A DNA stretch of 64,000 bases, taken from the NCBI RefSeq assembly GCF_009914755.1, contig NC_060941.1; one strand, given 5' to 3'. How positions within the stretch are numbered: the stretch's first letter is position 1; each line of letters begins with the position of its first letter. Positions 43,456 through 64,000 of this stretch are shown here, one piece after another. A model generated the notes under the pieces. It did no database searches. It was not told where the DNA came from and saw only the letters and a program-made list of their open reading frames with translations. The position numbers and the translations under genes are program-made. The DNA is from the human T2T-CHM13v2.0 reference genome, Homo sapiens.

Positions 43456-44450
43456 TAGCTGGGATTACAGATGCGCGCAACTACGCCCGGCTAATTTTTG
43501 TATTTTTAGTAGAGACGGGGTTTCACCATGTTGGCCAGGCTGGTCTCGAACTCCTGACCTCAGATGATCCGCCAGCCTTGGCCTCCCAAAGCGCTGGGAT
43601 TACAGGTGTGAGCCACCGCGCCCGGCCTGATCCCTCTCTAGTTTCTCTGAGACACATCCCAGATTTTTCTTTCTCACCCACCCCAGCAACTATTCATTTA
43701 ACAAGGTATTTCCCTCTTACATAGTTCAGCGTTCCGATTAAGTCCTCACCATCTCGTCTGGCATTCTTCCTAGAGTGTTATAATTAATGTCCATGCCATT
43801 GGCACCACTCCCCACTTTCAATCCAGCCTCCAACACTGAGACAGAAGTCAGTGCTCTGCCCTTAAATTCATCAACGCTACTCCAAGCATACCAGGAAGCC
43901 CAGGACAAAACCATCCTTACTTGACCCTTGTCTGACTTTCTAATTCTCAGGTGTCACTTACTCCTCTGCACCCTTGCATACTGAACAACTCATTGCTATC
44001 CCCGGCTTGCCAGGCTATTTCAACTCTCCAATGTTTTGGCATAGGCTACTCATGCTTTCCGGACCAACCCTACCCTGGCTTATGGAGTCCACCTGGAAAA
44101 TTCCCACACGTTCTTCGACTCGGCTCAAATGGCACCTCCTCCGGGACGGCGTCCCTGATTTCCCAGCTGTGATTCCAACACCCTTGGGGCCTGTACCACG
44201 TCTACCTGGAGGTGGGGTTACTGACGGCATAAAGTGCCCCCACACACTGTCCTCTTCTCTAAGGACGGGGGCCGGGTCTGATTCCCTTTCGGAGACCCCC
44301 CACCCCCACCCCCCACCGCCACGGTGCCAAGCTCAGGGCTTGGAGGCGGGAAGTCAGCCCCGCGTTGCTGGACGAATCGGGTCACTACTGCGACTCTATT
44401 TAGCAGCTGAGGTCTCAAGGAACAGCTTTAACCTCCTCTGGGATACCAAC

Positions 44451-44627
44451 CCGTGCACTCGCCAGAGACCGAGGCGAGAACGCCTCGAGAACCGCTCAGA
44501 CGCGCCCGGAACTGCGCCCTGGACTCCCTCCCAGCGCCCGCGCAGCTCCTGGCGCGCCCCTTGGCGCCCCGCTCCGCCCCGCACCGCGTCCGGCGTCCCG
44601 CGCCAGGCCTCGCTTGGGACCATGGGT
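44451..44627 (-). other. SMYD4: SMYD4 non-coding exon 1 (5'UTR); TSS end approximate
   Basis: A non-coding first exon is required because exon 2 starts with an acceptor. Candidate donor CGG|gttggt at 44449-44450 within the CpG island. Boundaries partly rest on recollection of the annotated gene and the TSS cannot be read from sequence. Confidence 0.6.
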
Positions 44628-44818
44628 GGGTCACGTGGGCCGCGCCTCGGCCAATGCGGCGGCTGCGTAGCGCCCGGGCCCGCCCCTGAGCCGCGCGCAC
44701 GTCGGGGGCGGGAGCGGTGCGCGCAACTTCTCGGGCCAATAACTGCGCAGCGCGCGGGACCCGGGTGGGGAAGCTGGAGCTGTTGCGGGGTCCGCGGGGA
44801 AGTCTTGGCGGTGGAGCC

Positions 44819-44851
44819 ATGGTCGGCCAGCTGAGCGAGGGGGCCATTGCG
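44819..44851 (+). CDS. RPA1: RPA1 coding exon 1 (33 nt)
   Basis: Strong Kozak gagccATGG; translates MVGQLSEGAIA; donor GCG|gtgagg. Confidence 0.97.
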
Positions 44852-45099
44852 GTGAGGAGGTGCCGGGGGCTGGGCCGGCGGTCCGGGGTGGCTGCGGCCC
44901 CGAGCCTCGCGGAGTAGAGAGGGGGAGGGGAGCCCGGGGCGACGGGGGATGAACGCGAGGGGAGGAGATGGCGGGGGGCGGTGGGGACCCGCCGGGCGTC
45001 CCTCTAGTGTCATCGCCCCCTCCTCAAAGCATTCTTTCGATCGTCTTTAAAACATGCTCACATTTTTCCTACGTAAGAACAAACTAAATAAACGCTTGC

Positions 45100-46505
<1,406 letters not shown>

Positions 46506-46651
46506 TAGTAGAGACGGGGTTTCACCGTGTTAGCCAGGATGGTCTCGATCTCCTGACCTTGTGATTCGCCCGCCTCGGCCTCCCAAAGTGTTGGGGTTAC
46601 AGGCGTGAGCCACTGTGCCCGGCCTTTTTTTTTTTTTTTTTTTTTTTTTGA

Positions 46652-47243
<592 letters not shown>

Positions 47244-47631
47244 TGAGAATACAGGAGACTGCCATGATGCCCGGCTAATTTTTGTATTTTTAGTAGAGAT
47301 GGGGTTTCACCATGTTGGCCAGGCTGGTCTCGAACTCCTGACCTCAAGCAATCCACCTGCTTCGGCCTCCCAGAGTGCTGGGATTACAGGCGTGAGCCAC
47401 TGCGCACGACCCCATTCACTTATTAGATGCATGACTTGAGGCAAGATACTAAACTGTTTCTTTTCTGTAAAATGAGAGCAATGATATCTATTGCATAAGG
47501 TAAGTAGGAGGATGGAGTGAGTTATTAAATTTAAAGTGCTTAGCACACTGATACATAGTAAATGCTCAGTGTTTATGTTACCTATTAATAATTGCAGTTT
47601 TATGTTTGTTGATTTATCAGTTTCTTTTTAA

Positions 47632-47949
<318 letters not shown>

Positions 47950-48418
47950 TAATACTTTGTGTAAATTCCATGAGGCCTGCAATCATGTCTGGGTTATTTT
48001 ACTCTGCATTGTATCCCCAATACCTGGAGAAGTGCTGGCAAGTTTTAGGTGCTGAATAAATGCTTGCTAGTTGCATGAATGAATGAGGCAGTGGGAAGAA
48101 AGGGACAGGTGAATGGGGAAGAAAGGCAGCTTGGGGGAAAAACAGGAACAGGAAGAACTATTGTTGGACTCAAGTGAATATTTAAATAAATTAGGAATGT
48201 GTGAATGCTGAAACCGGGGAAGTGATTTTAAATTGTAGCTTTCATTTACTTTATAGCTGCTACCTTGTGTCTTTAAGACAAATTAAGAATGTTTCTAGGC
48301 CAGGCGCAGTGGCTCATGCCTGTAATCCCAGCATTTTGGGAAGCCAAGGCAGGCAGATCACCTGAGATTGGGAGTTTGAGACCAGCTTGGCCAACATGGA
48401 GAAACTCTGTCTCTATTA

Positions 48419-48571
<153 letters not shown>

Positions 48572-48744
48572 TCAAAAGAAAAAAAGAAAAGAATGGTTCT
48601 TCACTTTTAAAAAGACTGATCATGGGCCAGGCGCAGTGGCTCATGCCTGTAATCTAAGCACTTTAGGAGGCCAAGGCAGGTGGATCACTTGAGGTCAGGA
48701 GTTCGAGATCAGCCTGGCCAACATGGGGAAACCCTGGTCTACTA

Positions 48745-48900
<156 letters not shown>

Positions 48901-50727
48901 TCAAAAAAAAATAAAGAATGATCATGGAGATATTTAAATAATTTGATAAGTTTTTTTATTTTTTAGAGATGGGGTCTCACTCTGTTGCCCATGCTAGTCT
49001 CAAACTCCTGGGCTTAAGCGATCCTCTCGCCTCAGCTTCCCAAAGTGCTGTGATTATAGATGTGAGCCACTGCACCTGGCCATGTTTTTATATTCAAAAT
49101 TTTATAAACCTATTTCCAGCGTAGGTGAAGTATTTTGTTCATAAATGAAGAATGAAAGTTTCACATGTGTTTGTGGTGATGGAATGAGTTGGAGAACCTT
49201 TGCTGACTTTCATTATCAGCTAAAGCAGGTATCATTTTCGTTCAAAAGACACAGGCCACAAAGGGTACGCAAATACCACACACATGTGAAGGCGTTTGGG
49301 CAAGAGTCACATGATAAAATAAGAGATGATGCATAGAACTCTTGTGGTCAACAGAATACATAGCATTTGTATCTTAATTATATAACGAAAGGGGAAGGGA
49401 ACTAATGTTTTTGACTATTTCTAATGTGACAGATGCTTTAGTAGTCAGTACTTAAGTAACCCTAGAAGATAGCTATTATACTCCCATTTTACAGAGGAAG
49501 GAAGTACAGAGAGGTTGAATAATGTGTCCATGGGGTGAAGATTTGAACACATGTGCCCTTGAGTATTACATTTGTTGCTTTATATACTTACTAGGGATTT
49601 TTTTTTTAAAGGGTCTCACTCTGTTGCCCAGGCTGGGGTGCAGAAGCACAATCTCAGCTCACTGCAACCTTCACCTCCCAGGTTCAAGTGATTCTTTTGC
49701 CTCTGTCTCTCGATTACAGACGTGCGCCACCACGCCCAGCTAATTTTTGTATTTTTAGTAGAGATGAGGTTTCGTCATGTTGTCCAGGCTGGTCTTGAAC
49801 CCCTGGCCTCAAGTGATCTGCCGCCTCGGCTTCCCCAAGTCCTGGGATTACAGACTTGAGCCATTGCACCTGGCCGTAATTTTTTTTAAATGACAGAGTC
49901 TTGTTCTTTGTCTCTCAGGCTGGAGTGCAGTGGCATGATCATAGCTCACTGCAACCTCCAACTCCTGGGCTCAAGTGATCCTTCCACCTCAACCTCTCCA
50001 GTAGCTGGGAGTACAGGTGCATGCCACCATGCCCAGCTAATTTTTTTTTTTTTTAATTTTGTGTAGAGATGGGGTTTCGCCATCTTGCCTAAGCTGGTCT
50101 CTAACTCTTGGTCTCCAAACAGTTCTCCTGCCTTGCCTCCCAAGTCTTTGGGATTATAGGCATGAGCCACTGTGCCTGGCCTTGTCCCTTAAAATGAGTT
50201 ACATTTGTAAACAGCTGATTTCTTTGGAGCATCGTCCCCATATACTTTTCTTTCATAAGTGATCTCATCCTTCTTCCACCCAACCTTCCCCTTGAATTTG
50301 TTGTTTGTTGTTGTTTCCATTTTAGCAGAATTCATGTTGCTCTGATAGGGGCTCTTTTCAAACTGATGTCTTATCCTTCTTAGTACCTTAAACTAGGTCT
50401 TGTTCAGACATGTTATAACAAGTTAGTATGAGTTTATTTTAGTGCAAAAAAAATTTTTGAAATGCATGCATAGTTTTTTCATAATGCACATTTTTCGTGT
50501 ACTTTTTGAATCCCCCTCATACATGCACGTGGTTTTAAAATCAAACGGAACAGAAAGGTGTTCATGGCCGGGCATGGTGGCTCACATGTGTACTCTCAGC
50601 ACTTGGGGAGGCTAATGCAGGAGGATCCCTTGAGGCCAAGAAAGAGTTTGATACCAGGCTGGGCAACATAGCAAGATCCTGTCTCTATTTCATTTAGAAA
50701 GAAGAAAGAAAGAGGTGTTTAATGTAA

Positions 50728-57235
<6,508 letters not shown>

Positions 57236-57532
57236 TTTATCTAATTCCCTGTTAATGAGCACTAGAGGGAAATGAATGGCTGTTAGGAATAACGAGTACA
57301 TATGGGATACCGGTGCTAGAGATGTGCTAAGTGTTTCCTTGTAAAACACGTATCTCCCTCTTATCATTTTATGATTTGTCCAGAGTGATAAACTAGATGC
57401 TTCAGCTGACAGGCTCTGAATAGGCTCTTTTAACAATCTTATCTATATATTCCAAATACCAACTATAAAAACATGTCATTTTCATCATGATTTGAGTGCG
57501 TATCTCACACAAACCTGTTTTTACTCCCTCAG

Positions 57533-57583
57533 GCCATCATGCAGAAGGGGGATACAAACATAAAGCCCATCCTCCAAGTCATC
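57533..57583 (+). CDS. RPA1: RPA1 coding exon 2 (51 nt)
   Basis: Acceptor ttactccctcag|GCC and donor ATC|gtaagt; translates AIMQKGDTNIKPILQVI. Confidence 0.97.
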
Positions 57584-58326
57584 GTAAGTACCTGCGTATG
57601 TTATGTTCCATGTCAACTTCTTTGGAGTCATCGAATTACAAGTTACGTTTGATGAAGGACAGACAGATTTGTCCACTTTCGGAAATTCACCCCCAGTCAC
57701 AAAAAATAGGCCAGTCTACATTGTAACCCTGAGAGAGCAGCCAGGCTTTTTGAAAATGTTACTACGTGAGCTGCTAAGTTCTACTGTCTTTGGAGATTCA
57801 GACTGAAGGCTTTGCCTCTCTCTTCCTCCCCACTGTTGATAGATGACTGTGGAGCTACTTGCCTTTCCTGCCCTTGGGTTTGTCTTGTTCACATTGGCCT
57901 TTCATATGACCTCCAGAAATATATCTAGTATGAACTTGTCTCTTTTACATTCTTCAGTTAACACATCATTTATTTAAGGGGTTCTCAAACTTCAGTGGGA
58001 GTTTTGAAAAATAGAAGCAGAATGGTGGGCTCACCCCTGCAGGTTTTCAGTCGGCCGGTCTGATGGGTCTCTCTGCTGCACCACACGCGCCGTGGGTCAG
58101 CTTGGGGCTCTGGGTACAGGTGTCACTTGCTTTGGAAACCTGCCTCTGCTCTCTCTCAGGTGGGGATAAAGGTCCCGGCTCTGCCGCCTGATCACGGACA
58201 CATCACTTACGTCTCTCTGCCTCCATCTCCACCCCAGTTGTTAGCTCCTTCAGGACAAGGATTCTTTTTATTCATTTTGTATTTTTAGCATGTTTCCTAC
58301 ACAGCACCTTGTGTATATTGGGTGCT

Positions 58327-58328
<2 letters not shown>

Positions 58329-58376
<48 letters not shown>
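58329..58376. repeat. (ATT)16 microsatellite, RPA1 intron 2
   Basis: Perfect 48 bp ATT array. Confidence 0.97.
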
Positions 58377-58658
58377 TTGGTAATTGATTTTTAACCAAAT
58401 TTGAGTCAGGGGTGAGAACACAAGAGTATAGGCAGCTCGTTTTACTTCCCTCTCTGTTGTGTTTAATAATGTTAGTGGAGGGAGGTTAGTGGGAAAATCA
58501 TCAAATCCAGTTTTCTTTTACTTGGATTTAAGTGTCAAGAGAATGGGCAAACAGTTTGTGTTGAACTAATGGCAAACCCACTCTCCTGCCACTTCGGTTT
58601 ACGTATCCCTGGGGACGGGGCAGACAACCTGGCTAATGAATCAAGTTTTCTGTCCTAG

Positions 58659-58757
<99 letters not shown>

Positions 58758-59141
58758 TAGAAATGTGTGAGTATTTAAATAGTAGAAGCACACCTGGTCC
58801 TTTGGTTGCCATAATTTGGGGGCATTCGTGAAGTCCGTACTTGCTTGGCTACGTACTTCATTCAGACAGAATTGCAGCTGTCAGAGAGCATTCTAACAAT
58901 AGACTGGAGGTAGTGGAAAGCTGCCACTTGGCTTAATTAATTTTCCCTAACTGGTGTTCTGTGTTTTCTCTGATTAATTTCCCTAAGGATGATATTGACA
59001 TCGACTGAGTGCGAGGGGTCAGCTGCCCTATACTTTCCTTTTCTGGGGTTTTATTTCTGTGTTGGAAGCTGTAAAGGGGAGAAAGGAGAGAATTTTTAAA
59101 TGATTTTGGCCACTTTAACAAATTCACACATTTAAGAGTAG

Positions 59142-59477
<336 letters not shown>

Positions 59478-59618
59478 TAGGAATAAAAAAGGCAATAGTG
59501 AGTTTTCAGCTAAGAATCTGCAGCTTTTCAGTTAAGAACTCAGGTAGCTAACACATGGCACCCAAGGAGGAGAAACATGGAAACAAGTTGGAAATTTCAG
59601 AGCAGAAGATTAAAGTAG

Positions 59619-59876
<258 letters not shown>

Positions 59877-59899
59877 TGATAATTATTTTGTAATGCTGC

Positions 59900-59901
<2 letters not shown>

Positions 59902-59937
<36 letters not shown>
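59902..59937. repeat. (TG)18 microsatellite, RPA1 intron 4
   Basis: Perfect 36 bp TG array. Confidence 0.97.
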
Positions 59938-59938
<1 letters not shown>

Positions 59939-59972
59939 AATCTTGAATCTTTTATATTAAATGCTATATTTA

Positions 59973-60128
<156 letters not shown>

Positions 60129-61042
60129 TTAGTGAGGTGTGGCGGCACACGCTACAGTCCTAGCTACATGGGAGGCTGAAGTGGGAGGATTCCCTAACCC
60201 CAGGAGTTTGAGACTGCAGTGAGCTGTGATTGCACCGCCGCACTTCAGCCTGGGCAGCACAGCAAGAGGCCATCTCTAAAAAAATAAATTTAAAAAAAGA
60301 ATGTGTTGTACACGGACAAGTTACTGCATGCTAGAGATACAGTGATGAACAGAACTGTTACTCTCATTGCTAAAACATGACTGATTTCAGGCAAGGTGCA
60401 GTGGCTCACACCTGTCATGCCAACACTTTGGGAGACCAGGTAGGGAGGATCACTTGAGCCCAGGAGTTTGCAACCAGCCTGGACAATATGGTGAGACCTT
60501 GTCTCTACGAAAAAAAGGAAAAGTTAGCTGGGCGTTATGACATGTGCCTGTGGTCCCAGCTACTCGGAAGGCTGAGGAGAGAGAGTGGCCTGAGCCCTGA
60601 GAGGTGAAGGTTGCAGTGAGCTGAGATCACGCCACTGCACTCCAGGCTGGGCAGGAGAGTAAGACCCTGTCTCAAAAAAGACCAAAACAACAACAACAAA
60701 AACCGAGATAAAAAATGATAACAATACTAAGAGGTTTAAGTAATTAGTTTTTTAAATTCTGTTATACTGATTTTAGGACTCTTACATTTTCTCCAGCTGT
60801 TCTTTTTTCCTACCTCTTTATCTCTGTGTTGGTTGGATTTCACTCAATAACTTTTTTCTGGACTGGCTCTTTAGTGCCGTCTTCCCCATTATCAGCCTGT
60901 TGGTCTTTATGCTAGAATGACCACTTGCCTGGCTGTCTATTGTTAGGTTATGTGGCTTTACCCTCAGAATTTTGTCTTCTGGCATTGAATGTTGATCTGG
61001 AGAAGTCTTAAGGCCAGCCTGGTTTGATTTCTTCCCTTGTAG

Positions 61043-61267
<225 letters not shown>

Positions 61268-63056
61268 TAGCCAGGATGGTCTCGATCTCCTGACCTCGTG
61301 ATCCACCTGCCTCAGCCTCCCAAAGTGCTGGGATTACAGGCGTGAGCCACCGTGGCCGGCCGTCCATATTCTTTTTTCTTCTGGTATGTGGTATGCTTGT
61401 TCAGTCTGCCGATTCAGTTCTTTTCAACGAAGTTTTTCTGTGTGTTATTCCTTAATGTTGTTTTCTATTTCACTTATTGAGTTCCAGTTTTTTACATACG
61501 TTGTAGATAACTTTGATCTCCGCATAGGTCTTTACTTTAACCTTTTTTCTGATGGATGCATTGGCTTGCTTCGAGGTTTTCCAACGTAATAGTACAGTTT
61601 TTAGTTTTCTCTCTTCTACTCCTCAATCTTTATAAATTATTAGATGTATAATAGTATTGATTTTGTTCTGTTTTTTTCTTAGCTGTTCAAGCTCCCTTTT
61701 CTTCTTAGTCTCTTGTTTTAGCTCATCTTTTGACTGTTAATTTGTTGGATTCATATAGTCGTACTTATTTTGCCAATCGCTTTTGGGAAGTGTCACTCCT
61801 TTTCTTGGCTTGTACTTTCTTCCAGAGTGGGTTCTTTAATCGGCTTTGCCTCCCTGTTGCTTTCCCTTTTATGCATTGTTGTGTATTGTATTGTTGCTTT
61901 GTCATCATCCCTTTTTATTTTGTTCATGCTTAATGTGGACAGTCCTGTCCAGACTTGGTATTTGCTCTGACATAGTCTAGGCTAGGTACATGTTGCCAAC
62001 CTTCTCACTTGGGACCTTTTATCTTCCACTCCAGGCTATCTTGGAGCGCTTAAGTGGTGTTTTGCAGCCACTTTTCTGTCCTCCAGGGCATGGTTGTGGG
62101 AGAGGGTGGAAGTGTTGCTGGGATTGAGTGCAGTCCTTGCTGGGAAACTTCACAGCCCACTCTCTCCAGTCACGGAGACAGCTCCACTCCCCTGGGCTTT
62201 GCCTGATGGCACTGCCTCAGCTTGCAGGCTTGCCTCATATTCTTTTGTACCTCTGCTGAGAGCCTGTGTGTGCGGCTGGGTTTATTTACTCCTTGCTTTT
62301 TTGGTGATCATTCAGGTTTATTCTAAACAGGACTTGAGCAGTCATCCTTGTACTTTATCTTAACGTGTTTATGCTTTTATTTCTGAATAACAGATCATTA
62401 GAATTTGTATTGTGGGGTCAACGGACATCTGTGGAAAGTATACTAATTATACTCATAAATGTTATATAAGAGTATCTATTGGCCAGGCACAGTGGCTCAG
62501 GCCTGTAATCCCAGCACTTTGAGAGGCTGAGGCGGGGCAGATCACAAGGACAGGAGATCGAAACCAGCCTGGCCAACATGGTGAAACCCCATCTCTACTA
62601 AAAATACACAAATTAGCTGGGCGTGGTGGCGGGTGCGGCCTGTAATCTCAGCTACTCAGGAGGCTGAGGCAGGAGAATCGCTTGAACCCAAGAGGCGGAG
62701 GTTGCAGTGAGCCGAGACTCCAGCCTCGGTTACAGAGCAAGACCCCATCTCAAAAAAAAAAGCGTATCTCTGAATAGACAAATCCATAGAAACAAATTCA
62801 ATGACTGGTTCTCAGGGGTGGTAGAGTGTGGAGTGACTGTCATTGTACACATGGTTTCTTTTGCTGATGACAACAGTGTTCTAAAGTGAGGTAGTGGTGA
62901 TGCTTGCATAACTGCAAAATGCAAAACCCATAGGATTATCCACTCTGGAAGGGTGAGTTCATTATGGTACGTGAATGATATCTCAATAAACATGTTATTT
63001 AAAAAGAAGTGTTTGCCATTAAGCTTGTCAACATACTGTGTATTAGTCATATTTTA

Positions 63057-63401
<345 letters not shown>

Positions 63402-64000
63402 TCAAGCAATTCTCTGCCTCAGCCTCCTGGGTAGCTGGGATTACAGATGTGCACCACCATGCCTGGCTAATTTTTTTGTATTTTTAGTAGAGACGGGGTT
63501 TCACCATCTTGGCCAGGCTGGCCTTAAACTCCTGACCTTGTGATCCACCCACCTCGGCCTCCCAAAGTCCTAGGATTACAGGTGTGAGCCACCGCACCCA
63601 GCCTGTTCCTTTTTATGGCAGAATAATACTCTGTTGTCTAGATACATCACATTTTGTGTATCTATTCGTTAGTTGATGGGCATTCGGATTATTTCTGCCT
63701 GCTTGCTATTACTAATAATTCTATGAACATTTGTGTACAAGTTTTTTGTGGACAGACGTTTCCATTTCTTTTATAGATAATCTGTCTAGGAAAGGAATTG
63801 CTAGGCTAAATGGTCATTTTATGGTTAACTTTTTGAGGCTATTGTTCAAAGTGTGTACACCAGTTTACCTCCCTGCCAACAGCGCGTGAGTGTGGAGTTT
63901 CTCCCCGTTCTTGCCAGTACTTCAAATTACACTCCATAGAGTTTCAGTTAAACTTCTCTGTAGACTATTTAGTAGTTTATAGACAAGGTCTTTCTTTACT

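Larger units (their letters stand above)
44200..45020. promoter_or_regulatory. CpG island / TATA-less bidirectional promoter shared by SMYD4 and RPA1
   Basis: Only extended non-repeat GC- and CpG-rich tract in the window. Motifs: E-box CACGTG 44632-44637, CCAAT 44651-44655 and 44736-44740, GC box GGGGCGGG 44705-44712 overlapping E2F-like GGCGGGA, palindrome TGCGCGCA 44718-44725, ETS-like CCGGAA 44506-44511. Confidence 0.92.

Noticed and set aside
44456-44464. Possible GC-type donor CTG|GCGAGT for SMYD4 exon 1
   Set aside because: A canonical GT donor lies 11 nt away; no sequence-only basis to prefer the non-canonical site.
43974-45013. 286 aa (+), 205 aa and 139 aa (-) ORFs over the promoter
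   Set aside because: Stop-codon scarcity in a GC-rich CpG island. Pro/Arg/Gly-rich with no recognisable domain, and the 286 aa ORF is out of frame with RPA1.
58201-58220. Strong minus-strand donor GAC|GTAAGT in RPA1 intron 2 suggesting an antisense exon
   Set aside because: Isolated motif with no convincing partner acceptor or promoter; expected by chance in 64 kb.

Overview
Primate (very likely human) genomic DNA, recognisable from the translated exons as the head-to-head SMYD4/RPA1 locus (human 17p13.3, from memory). Minus strand: SMYD4 (TPR-SET-MYND lysine methyltransferase), non-coding exon 1 plus coding exons 2-7. All have GT-AG sites and phase-consistent joins (1884 coding nt, codons 1-628), and the gene continues off the left edge. 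Plus strand: RPA1 (70 kDa replication protein A subunit), coding exons 1-4 (272 nt, most of the N-terminal OB-fold RPA70N), continuing off the right edge. The genes share a CpG-island bidirectional promoter at about 44.2-45.0 kb. Introns are extremely Alu-dense, with old L1/L2/MIR/MLT1 fragments, an ERV1 solo LTR, a THE1 LTR and microsatellites. Nearly all other ORFs in the track are Alu artefacts. I see no evidence for a new multi-gene system. The most unusual signals are rearrangement scars read directly from the sequence: a ~430 bp micro-inversion with a fold-back junction, a 148 bp templated copy of one Alu inside a neighbouring Alu, a solo poly(A) insertion with target-site duplication, and an almost spacer-less inverted Alu pair. 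There is also a candidate 56 nt poison exon in SMYD4 and mirror-image G-rich tracts flanking the promoter. Repeat family names and variant identities come from memory and were not computed.
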